From an uncultured delta proteobacterium (GTDB lineage Bacteria; Myxococcota; B64-G9), in NCBI GenBank assembly GCA_963754925.1, contig CAVWHX010000006.1, positions 1-64,000 of the forward strand: a stretch of DNA of 64,000 nt, in the 5' to 3' direction. Shown in pieces: positions 48,785-59,200 of this stretch. Under the pieces are notes generated by a model. It searched no databases, was not told the origin of the DNA, and worked only from the letters and a program-made list of their open reading frames with translations. The position numbers and the translations under genes are program-made. Every line of letters begins with the position of its first letter. The stretch's first letter is position 1.

Positions 48785-49246
48785 ATGAAAACCACGGTAG
48801 GTTTGTGGATTGATCATCGGAAAGCTCTGATGGTGTTTCTGACCGGCAAAAAAGTTGAAAAAAAATTATTAGAATCGAACGTTGAAAAACAACTCGGACG
48901 GGTGGATGGCCTTCGCTCTAAGAGTTCCTATGAATCCCAGATGGTTCCTGCAGACGATCTGCAAGAGAGGCATCTTACGGGAAAGCTCAAGGTATTCTAC
49001 GATAAGGTCATCTCATTAATACGTGATGTAGAATCCATCTTGGTATTTGGTCCCGGGGAGGCAAAGGGTGAGTTCGTGAAGCGCATCCAGCAGAACAGGG
49101 TCAGAGGGAACATCCTGGCTGTTGAAACCGTAGACCGGATGACCGACCGCCAGATTGTGGCGAAAGCTCGACAGTACTACCTTTCACCGGAAACTGGCAC
49201 GAGAGACGAAGAGACCCCACGCAGGCGCCATTCGTACCACGTCTGA
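48785..49246 (+). CDS. eRF1/baeRF-like (host attachment-like) domain protein
   Basis: VGLWIDHRKA, ILVFGPGEAK.EF, VETVDRMTDRQIVAK. Confidence 0.65.
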   Translation: MKTTVGLWIDHRKALMVFLTGKKVEKKLLESNVEKQLGRVDGLRSKSSYESQMVPADDLQERHLTGKLKVFYDKVISLIRDVESILVFGPGEAKGEFVKRIQQNRVRGNILAVETVDRMTDRQIVAKARQYYLSPETGTRDEETPRRRHSYHV

Positions 49247-49459
49247 ACCCACGCCGACTCAATCGCTTGTTACGTTGCACTGAGGCGCCGCTCAAAGGGG
49301 AGGGCTCTTTATTCGCTTTTGGCATCCCGACGCCAACTTCAGTAGTACTCAATAAAACCCTAAACTTTTGCAACGAGTGGGCACCTACGCGGGTCCTGGG
49401 ATGGACAAAATGCATAACCGGGAATACAATAAAAGAATAAAGATACAGGAGAGAGACCC

Positions 49460-49654
49460 GTGCGGAGTGCATTTGTCGACCTGCTCGTGTTCATCGTTCT
49501 GACGATTGGCTTTGCCGCCGGCGGATGCAAGGGCATCGTTGTTTCGCAAGATTGCACATCGACACAGAGCTGCGCGTCACAAGGCTTCCAGTGCGGAACG
49601 TTTACCGATAGCTGCGGCGCTATCCGGAACTGCGGCACTTCCGTTCGACCCTAA
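49460..49654 (+). CDS. Truncated Cys-rich lipoprotein fragment
   Basis: AGGAGAG RBS, lipobox-like AAGGC, QCGTFTDSCG..NCGT repeat, abrupt end. Confidence 0.45.
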   Translation: MRSAFVDLLVFIVLTIGFAAGGCKGIVVSQDCTSTQSCASQGFQCGTFTDSCGAIRNCGTSVRP

Positions 49655-50436
49655 CGAAGCATTTCGTATATAACAAATCCCGCCAATTCAATCGCGATGA
49701 GAATGATTACAATCCATTCCAAATTCAGACTTTTTCGAGAGTTCAGAAATTCGAACAGCAAGGTAGTATTTTCGGCCAAGAAATCCAGTTTGGTGCTCAA
49801 CGATAGTTGGCGTTCGGGTAAATCGAAGAAATCATGAAGCCCCTTGTACATTTTTTCCAAAGACTCCGACTCCCAGGTCTCGGACGGCTTGTCAAAGAGC
49901 GCCAGGTTGGCAAGAACCTCATGACGGGTGTGCATCGCAAATCCAATGGCCTTGAGAATGCTTCTGGGTCGGATACGAATGCGACCGGTTTTGCGCAAGT
50001 CATCCAGATAAACGGAAAAACGTTCAAGCGCGGAGTCCGCCTCGTTTTCAAGGTAGTCGAGCGCCACCGACTGAGCCAACAACATCGCGATGATTTTCAT
50101 TTGCAACGCGGTCGGTTCAGACGCCAACCAAATCTCGTTGAAGAGAATCTTTTCGTCCCCTTTGTTGGTCTCGACCACCAACCGGTCTTCCACTTCCTCG
50201 ACCAACGCGGGATTCGAAAGCGTTTGGCGGATCCTTTCGGCGACCATTCGGGCCACGTTTTCGTCAAACGGCCAAAACACCACCGCGCCAAATCCAGAGA
50301 TAAGCACCCTGGTTTGTTCGCCGATCTTTAACGTAAGCGGATCGTTGCTTTCAAAAGTAAAATCGGAGAATTTCTCCCGCACTTTTTTTTCGTCAATGGT
50401 CGATACGAAATACCACGCCTTGAAGGGAATTCGCAT
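49651..50436 (-). CDS. RMD1/DUF155 family protein
   Basis: FGAVVFW, LAQSVAL..E, DKP..TWE, FDLPER, LEWIVIILIAIE. Confidence 0.85.
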   Translation of the reverse strand: MRIPFKAWYFVSTIDEKKVREKFSDFTFESNDPLTLKIGEQTRVLISGFGAVVFWPFDENVARMVAERIRQTLSNPALVEEVEDRLVVETNKGDEKILFNEIWLASEPTALQMKIIAMLLAQSVALDYLENEADSALERFSVYLDDLRKTGRIRIRPRSILKAIGFAMHTRHEVLANLALFDKPSETWESESLEKMYKGLHDFFDLPERQLSLSTKLDFLAENTTLLFEFLNSRKSLNLEWIVIILIAIELAGFVIYEMLR

Positions 50437-50769
50437 TAACACTCCAAAAATTAACCGGGCCTGAAAAAGTCCATCGCACCGGTAATGGTTGCTGACCGGC
50501 AATTCAAATTGTCGCTGATCACAGGGAGAGAAATCAAATTATTCTTCTATACCGCCAATATGAGTCGGCGGTGTACGTGTTGAACTGACGCACGAGAACC
50601 CCTCCCAAGTTAACCATTTATTCACCTGATCGTCATTACGACGTCACCTACGCCCCTTAAATAAAGAGGCCTAACCGGGAGGTGTCATGCTTCTAAAAGG
50701 ACTAGCCCTCCGCGAAAGTAAAAGAACCGAGACCATAACCAGAGAAAATCTTAACAGGAGGGACGCGCG

Positions 50770-52497
50770 ATGAAAAAAATACCTTTTGGCAAAACAGGGG
50801 CTGCTGTGGCGCTTGCGATGGTGCTCGGAGCGGGGTCAGCGTCAGCCGAACCCTGGAAGTTCGGCGTGATGGGCGATACCCAATGGACCACGAGCGATCC
50901 GGCTAACGCCAATCCGGACACCGTGCCGTTATCCATCATCAACCAAGTCAATCAGCAGTTTATCAACGCCGGCGTGGACTTCGTCATTGAGGTCGGCGAT
51001 CTAACCGATGATGGCAACGACGTTTCCGAAGTCACCCGGGCCAAAGCCGCTCAGCAATTGATCGACGCCGGTATCGGTTTCTTCCCGTTCCGCGGCAACC
51101 ATGAGACCTATGGTACAAACAACGACTATGGCATCCCTATTTTCCGTTCCAACTACCCGCAAACCCAAACCGGCGTGTTTACCATGAGCGACGCCCACCA
51201 GTATAAGCTCGGCTCAAATTTCAGCAGTCCGACCGCAGTAAGCGCGGATCTGACCGGGATGAGCTACTCGTTTGACTACGGTCGCCGTGGCGACAACGCC
51301 CGTTTCGTCATCATCGATCCGTGGGCAACGCCCAGCAAAATCGACAACAACGCCGATGGGTATGCCTATGGGTATACGATTAATGATCAGCAGCCTTGGA
51401 TTAGCGGTCGGCTCGACAAGAACGCACGCCGCACCGTGCACGCCTTCGTGTTCTCGCACCAACCCCTTATCGCAGAGAACCACCAGGACACCATGTTCAG
51501 CGGCTATACCAACGCTAACCCGGACTGGCAGAACGCCTTCTACGCCAGCTTGCAGAGCAACGGAGTCAAGTACTTCATCAGCGGCCACGACCATATGTAT
51601 CAGCGATCACTGGTCAGCAGCCCGGACGGTTCATCCCAGATCGAAGAGATCATCTCTGCCTCAAACAGCAGCAAGTTTTACACGCCGAAGCCCCTGGACG
51701 ATCCCAAGTGGTTCGGCCAAAAAGTACGCGAGACCTCGATCTCCCAAGAGTTATATACAGTCGGCTACTACATTTATACCGTCGACGGCCCGTGCGTAAC
51801 CGTCGAGTACTACTCCGACGACCATGGCCACTGGCAGTCGGATGCGAACTACCCCAATGGAGCAGGCCAACCCGACACCGGCATAACCCCCATCTTCACC
51901 TTTGTTAAGAAAGAAACCTGGGGCTATTGCCAGAATGGCAGGGAATTACTCGTGCCGCAGGGTCAAAGCTATACGGTGGTGCAAGACAGTTTTGAAGGCA
52001 CGAAAGCTCAGATCCTCGACGGCGCCAATATGAGCACGGTCAGGGACGGCAGCCTTAACACCACGGGAGGCGTCGGCCGCCCACTCACGAAGGCCGTCGA
52101 CACCGGCTGGATATCGGTAGCCCGTTGGGTAGAGAAGGATTTTGAACCCGGCCTCGACCTCGCAAGCAATATTCTCAAGTTGTGGGGCATGGCGGACCTT
52201 GGCAGTACGCAAAGCGATACCTATGCACTTTCTCTCACCTACGGCCCGCATCAGTTGCTGCCGATAGAGATCAAGAAGGGGCTTGTCGGTTTGGTCACCA
52301 AAAGCAAGGACGGACATTGGATCAATGCCGTTGCTAATAATATCGGCGGCACCAAGAATTTCGTCCTAGGCCCGTTCCAATCCGGTTACGAACTCGGCAC
52401 CTACGGAATTGACACGAAAACGAATACTGCCTGGGCGGTCATCAATTATACCGGCGATTTCGCCGTGGCCGGTTTCGGACGCGACCAGGACCGGTAG
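50770..52497 (+). CDS. Secreted metallophosphoesterase
   Basis: Signal peptide ASA-E; GDTQW, VGDL, RGNHE, SHQP, GHDH; C-terminal GTYGID..AWAVINY domain. Confidence 0.85.
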   Translation: MKKIPFGKTGAAVALAMVLGAGSASAEPWKFGVMGDTQWTTSDPANANPDTVPLSIINQVNQQFINAGVDFVIEVGDLTDDGNDVSEVTRAKAAQQLIDAGIGFFPFRGNHETYGTNNDYGIPIFRSNYPQTQTGVFTMSDAHQYKLGSNFSSPTAVSADLTGMSYSFDYGRRGDNARFVIIDPWATPSKIDNNADGYAYGYTINDQQPWISGRLDKNARRTVHAFVFSHQPLIAENHQDTMFSGYTNANPDWQNAFYASLQSNGVKYFISGHDHMYQRSLVSSPDGSSQIEEIISASNSSKFYTPKPLDDPKWFGQKVRETSISQELYTVGYYIYTVDGPCVTVEYYSDDHGHWQSDANYPNGAGQPDTGITPIFTFVKKETWGYCQNGRELLVPQGQSYTVVQDSFEGTKAQILDGANMSTVRDGSLNTTGGVGRPLTKAVDTGWISVARWVEKDFEPGLDLASNILKLWGMADLGSTQSDTYALSLTYGPHQLLPIEIKKGLVGLVTKSKDGHWINAVANNIGGTKNFVLGPFQSGYELGTYGIDTKTNTAWAVINYTGDFAVAGFGRDQDR

Positions 52498-52688
52498 ACA
52501 ACAGCTCAAGTTCATAGGGCGCCTGACGCCGTCATTACCGTACTTAGCATTTGCGAATTAATCATCTCAACGTCCAGATCCCCCGCCTCGTCGCTTGCAA
52601 AGCCGCTTTAAAACCCATAATAAAAACGCAACTCAAACATACTCCTTGACTTGCATCTAAGGTCTTTGATACGAAGCGTTTTTATTGT

Positions 52689-52772
52689 GCCGGCGTGGCG
52701 AAGCTGGTAGACGCACGGGACTCAAAATCCCGCGGTGGCGACACCATGTGGGTTCGACTCCCTCCGCCGGCA
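52689..52772 (+). tRNA. tRNA-Leu (CAA)
   Basis: GCCGGCG acceptor stem, TGGTAGA D-loop, anticodon loop CT-CAA-AA, long variable arm, GGTTCGACTCC; CCA not encoded. Confidence 0.95.
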
Positions 52773-52779
52773 CTTTTTG

Positions 52780-52829
52780 AAGCCCCTCAAGGCCTTGAAA
52801 CGAAGCGCTTTGCGGGGCTTCTCCTTTTT
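52780..52829 (+). terminator. Hairpin and T-tract after the tRNA
   Basis: AAGCCCC...GGGGCTT followed by CTCCTTTTT. Confidence 0.5.
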
Positions 52830-52950
52830 CTTGAACACCCAGCAAGTCAACGCTGACCAACACAAACAAAGGGCTTTGGTGGCAAGAACCGGGTACAAAA
52901 CCAGGTACAATTGTGGCCACCTTTTTCGCCTCGCTGTTCCAGAAATTCCG

Positions 52951-52978
52951 TTGACCTGTTAATACCAGGGGGTATGAT
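52951..52978 (+). promoter_or_regulatory. Putative sigma70 promoter upstream of the teneurin-like gene
   Basis: TTGACC-N16-TATGAT, flanked by the direct repeat AGAAATTCC (52941, 52982). Confidence 0.45.
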
Positions 52979-53282
52979 TCTAGAAATTCCTTCAAGGAAT
53001 TGCCTAAGAACCAACGCGCCTGACCTCGACCCTACCAGAGTTATGGACCTAAATGAAACTGGGGTACGGCCAGGTAAAAAAACCTATTGACAGAAAATCC
53101 CCGTTAGAGTTTTAGTCACAGTTAAATGTAGATATTCGTTCCGGCAAAAGAAGGAAACGAAGGAATGGTTTCTAATTCCTTTGTGTGTGCTGTGAGCAAC
53201 TATCTGTTTCCTAGCAGGATATCAGAAGGAAGTTTGGGCATAGGCCTAACACCGCCATTCATATAAATAAAAGGGTGATCAC

Positions 53283-56200
53283 ATGAAAAAGAGATTTTTA
53301 CCTTTATTGTTTTTAGTGTTTTTGCTTTCCATGGGTTATTCGATTTCGAAATGTCCGGCTACCAAATGGACAGCGATAATCGGCGTGCCAGGCGCCAGTA
53401 CACTAGGGACCGGCATCGCTGTCAGTCCAGACCAGCAGGTATTTGTGACCGGAACCACGACCGGAAGCCTTAGCGGGCAAGCCATAAGCAGCGCTTCGGA
53501 TGTGTTTGTCACGAGATACAATCCCTTCGGGGGATTGCAGTGGATACAGCAGCTTGGCGTCATACAAGGAGACCTTCCCGGCATCGCCGTCGATGTGAAC
53601 GACAATAGCTACGTGACCGGAACCACCGGTGGAAACTTTGACGGACTTCCGAAAACCGGGTCTAAGGATACTTTTGTTATTATGCTCAATCCGTCCGGTG
53701 AGAAACAATGGACAGCCCTGCTCGGCGTGGCAGGCGTGGAAACCAGGGGATATGGCATCACCGCCGATGAGAGCGGCTTTAGCTATGTGACGGGTACTAC
53801 AGCAGGAAACCTCGACGGTCAGACGTTGACTGGTTCCGCCGATGCTTTTATCACTAAATACGATCCTTCAGGAGTAAAACAGTGGACTCAACTGTTCGGT
53901 GTGGCGGGCTTCAAAACCGAAGGACACGGCATCGGTGTGGATGGGAGCGGCAATATCTACGTAACAGGAAACGTAACTGGTTTGAGCAACGATAAGATTT
54001 CTTTTTTTGTCACCAAATACAGTTCCACCGGAGCTAATCAGTGGATGGTACAGCTGGGTGATAAGGCCTGGGGTAACGCCATCGCCGTGGATGCAAGCGG
54101 CAACTGCTATATGACCGGAACTACGTTAACAACCTTTGATGGGCTGGATCTCGGGACTGGCTCATTAGGCGCTTCGTTCATCACTAAATACAATTCCGCC
54201 GGAGAGAAGCAGTGGACGGAGCTCCTTGGAAGTATCAATGAAGGTGGCGGCATTACTGGGTGGGGCTTTTCCACAGGGAACACGATTACCCTCGACGAAA
54301 GCGGCAACTGCTACGTGGCGGGATGGATGTTAAAATTTGTCAATGAAATGGCAACAGTCGTTTTTATTGAAAAATTCAATTCCGCTGGGGAAAAGCAGTG
54401 GACCAGGCGACTCGGCGCGGCGCCCACTCTTGGAACATACACGTATACCATTGGAGCGGGTGTGGCCGTGGATCAGTATCCCAATGTCTTCGTGACCGGA
54501 TATGTCGAGGGAGGCGGAAGCCTCGACGGGCAACCCGCAATCGGCGTCACGGATGCTTTCATCACCTCGAAGTTTAATTGCGCTGAGAATCAGTATTATG
54601 ATGCGACCTCTGACACCTGCGTGAGCATTCCCGCGTGTGATAACGGAATGACGTTCGACCAGGATGCCGTTGCCTGCGAGTGTCCATCAGGCACTCACCT
54701 TGTCGGCAGCGCCTGCGTGACCCAGTGCCCAACCAACCAGTATTGGGATAGCGCCTCCAACTCCTGCAAGGTCATTCCAACATGCTACTATGGAATGATC
54801 TTCAACCAGGTCACCGGTGTGTGCGCATGTCCGGCCGGGACCCAGAATGTCGGCGGCACATGCGTCATGACTTGCAATGCCAATCAATATTGGGACGGCT
54901 CTGTCTGCCAACCTATCCCTGTCTGCGCAGCGGGAACAATATACGACCCATCGACACACCTCTGCGTACAAGAAGTTGTCACCGCCGGCAGCTTTGCTGG
55001 TTCAGTTCAGTTTCTATACACGGGATCGAATCCGATCCAAGAAAATGTAACGTCTGGCGCCATCGATCCAACGCGTGCGGCGGTCCTGAAAGGCAAGGTG
55101 CTCAGCAAAAGCGGTTATCCGCTTGTTGCGGCGACCATAACCATTCTCAAACATCCTGAGTACGGCTCGACTCTAACGCGTAGCGACGGGATGTTCGATC
55201 TCGCGGTCAGCGGCGGTGGACAATACACCGTTCGGTATGTTGTCAATGGGTACTTTGAGGCGCAAAGAACCATTTCAACTCCCTGGCAAGAGTTCGTTCA
55301 GCTGCCGGATGTGGTGCTGGTGCCCTACGATAACTACGTCACTACCATCGATCTTACTCAAACGGGGATGCAAGTTGCGCAAGGCAGTCAACAAACGGAT
55401 ATGGATGGGATCCGAAGAGCGATCATGATGTTTCCGGCAGGGACTACCGCTGAGATGGTGATGCCGAACGGGTCGCAACAAGCCATATCGACCTTAAATG
55501 TGCGCGCGACTGAGTACACGGTAGGGCCCAATGGGCCGGCATCCATGCCTGCTCCGCTGCCTCCGGAAAGCGCTTACACCTACGCGGTGGAACTGAGTGT
55601 GGATGAAGCGCTCGCGGCCGGGGCAACAAGCGTCACCTTTAGTCAATCGATCCCGGTTTATATCGACAACTTCCTCAAGTTCCCCGTCGGGCAACAGGTG
55701 CCGACGGGGTATTACGATCGTGAAGCAGGCAGATGGGTGCCGATTCCTGATGGACGCGTTGTAAAGATCATCAGCATCACACCAGGGACACCGGCCCTAG
55801 CTGAAATAGATACCGACGGCGACGGCACAGCGGACAACAATCCTGCGCTTGGGATCACTGATGATGAGCGCGCTCGGGTGGCTGGGTTGTATCAAACAGG
55901 TCAGGAGCTATGGCGGGTTCAAGTTCAGCATTTCACACCCTTTGACCTCAACTGGCCATATGGCGGCTGTGCGGATTGCCCGCCCCCCAACCAGCCAGAT
56001 CCCGATGGTGATACGCCTCCCAAATACCCCTGCGAAGGTGAGGGTTCAATTATCGAGTGCGAGAATCAGGTGCTGGGCCAGCGCATACCAATCTCTGGCA
56101 CCCCATTTACTCTCAACTACCGCAGCAGTCGGGTGCCTGGCTATGGCGCTACCTATAGTCTAAACATTCATCTTTCAGGTGCCAGCGTTCCGGCTAATTT

Positions 56201-59200
56201 GGTCAAAATTTACCTGGAAATTGATATTGCTGGTCAACACATAGAACAGAATTTTGATCCCACACCAAATCAGAACTATTACTTTCGTTGGGATGGGTTG
56301 GATGCCTTCGGCCAGCGAGTTAACGGTTCACAGACGGCAAAAATACGAATCGGTTACGCATATATTGCAGTTTACGGCGCGCCTATGCCTTTAGGAGAGG
56401 TGTCAGGAATAATGGGCGCATCATTCGGAATGGGCTCCGGTGCTGGAGGTGGCGGTGGTGTAGGAGGAGTTTCGATTGGTAGGTTTAGTGTACCCCCCCA
56501 AATTGTTATTTGGCAGGAGATTGATAAAGACCTTGGAAATCTTGTGGACGAGAAAGATCGAGGAATAGGGGGCTGGACCGTTGACGTCAATCATGCCCTC
56601 GACCTATTCAAAAACACAATCTACCTGGGCGATGGTACACAACAAGACGCAAGTGATATAGGCACAATATCTGTTCTCGCGGGCAACGGTCAATACAACT
56701 ATTGTGACAGCATAGATCAGACAGGAGAGATTGCAAGGCAGGGAAGCATGCAAGCGCCTCTTGATGTGCATGCATTACCGGATGGCAGTTTTTTAGTCGC
56801 GGACAATGCAAACGCACGAATTCTTAGTGTTAGTACTGATGGACACATGTACAGGATCGCTGGCGCTCCTAACTGCGCTCCGGGATACACTGGGGACCAG
56901 GGACTGGCACTTAATGCCCAACTAAATGGGCCATCTGGTATAGCAACAGGTTCGGATGGAAGCATATACATTGCTGACTCGTTAAATCATGTGATCAGGC
57001 GTATCGATCCTAATGGCATTATAACTACCTATGCCGGCGGTGGAAATCCCTCTTCCGGTAACGGCGATGGCGGTTTGGCAACCAATGCGAAATTACAAGG
57101 GCCATTAGATCTTGCGGTTGCCGCAGATGGCAGTTTGTACATTGCTGAACAATACTACGGATATTCCGAAGGACAACCCTATGGATATGCAGGACGAATT
57201 AGAAAAGTCAGAAATGTGGGGTCTGAGAACATCATCATCACGATTGCGGGAGGTGGAAGCAGCGGTATCGAACAAATTGGCGATGGCACTATCCTTGCGA
57301 CTGAAGTTTTTATTAATGAGAATCTGTCTTCTATAGCACTTGGGCGTGATGGCAGTATCTACGTATCTGAAAGTTGCTGGGTGTTTCGGGTTGGTCCGGA
57401 CGGTCTAGTCTATAAAGTAGCTGGTAACGGAAATTGTTTTCATTCCGGCGATGGTGGACTTGCTACAGCTGCGCAACTAGATAACGAAGGAGGTCATAAC
57501 GGCCTAGCGGTTGGTAGCGATGGAAGTATTTATATTGCGGAGTATGCCTACATTCGTAAAGTATGGCCAAACGGTATCATTACTACCTTTGCTGGAAATG
57601 GCATTATGGGTTATCGCACTGCCGATGCGGACGGGAAACCAGCGTTACAGAGCTCTGTCAATCTAACCGCTGGTATGGATATAACACCGGATGGTACTGG
57701 CCTTCTGCTTACCGATCAAGCAGGAGGAGTTGTCGCACGGATCGATACGACAGTTAGCAACACCTCTGGTGTTGGATCCCTAATACCATCAGAGGATGGT
57801 AGCAAGTTCTATTCTTTTGATTCCACCGGCCACCACCTTCAAACGCTCGACTCAGTTATCGAAACTATTTCACCCACTAATACTCCAGTAAAACTTAATC
57901 TGTTCCAATTCGGCTATGATAGTAATGGTTACCTGATCTCCATCCAGGACCGCGACGGCAATACCACAACGATTACCCGCGACACTTCCGGCAATCCCAC
58001 GGCGATCATCGCGCCAAACGGTCAGACCACTACCCTGGCGCTTGACTCCAACGGTTACCTATCCCAGGTGACTAATCCTGACTCTACTACTTATCAATTT
58101 ACCTATGACACCGGCGCTGCCGAAGGCCTGATGCTGTCTTTTAAAGATCCCAACCATAACACCCACACATTCGAATACGAGCCGGTTTCGGGCAAACTAA
58201 ACAAGGACAGCGACCCGGAATCTGGTTTTAAAACCCTCTCACGCACGAATATTTTGAACGGTTATGAGGTCGCTATCGGCACTGCCATGGGTAGAAACAC
58301 AAGCTTCGAAGTTGAGAACTACCTAGATACCGGTGAAGTGCAGACGATCACTTTCCCAGATGGGACACAAAACCAAAATACAACCGGCAATGATTCGGTT
58401 ATAACCACGGTCTTCTCCGACGGAACTTCCATTGCCGTGCAACAGGGTCCAGACCCACGTCTTGGAATGCGCTCACCATTGCCGATAAGCACGACGATCA
58501 ACCTGCCGTCAGGAAAGACCCGCACGTACACTATGAACCGCGGATTAACCTTTAACTCAACCACCAGCCCACCTGCCTTGGCGACACTCACGGATACCTT
58601 TGGGGTCATGGTCGGCAGCACTAATAGCCCACTGCTGACTTACGCCTACACCGCCTCCACCCGCACGTGGACCGCCACTTCAGTAGGCGGCCGCAGCAGC
58701 ATCGCGCAAGTGGACGACAACGACAAACTTATACTAAGACAAGTATCGGGCCTTAACCCAATAAGCTACGCTTACTATTCATCAAGCAGCTCTGATTACC
58801 AGCGCGGCAAGTTGCAAACCATAACAACCGGGGACCGCCAGTTCACTTTTAACTTCTACGCCGCAGGATTGCAAAAGGGGCTTTTGCAAAGTGTCCAAGA
58901 TCCTCTCAGCAAAACCAAAAGCTTTGACTACGATGCCGCAGGCCGGGTTACATCGCAAACCTTACCAGACGGAAGGGTGATTGGGTTTAGTTACGACGCT
59001 AACGGCAATGTCACCTCGGTTACGCCGCCCAGTAGGCCGGCGCACGGGTTTATGTACAATGCTGTCGATCAGGCAACAGAGTATGATCCGCCAACCCCAC
59101 CGACCACCGGAGTAACGCAGTACCAATATAACCAGGATCATCAGCTCACCAATATCATTCGACCAGACTTGCAGGCAGTAGTACTCAACTACAATACCAG

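Noticed and set aside
50560..50760. Riboswitch upstream of the metallophosphoesterase
   Set aside because: No recognisable aptamer consensus or convincing nested stems
52657..52995. ORFs overlapping the tRNA
   Set aside because: Explained by tRNA-Leu and its flanks
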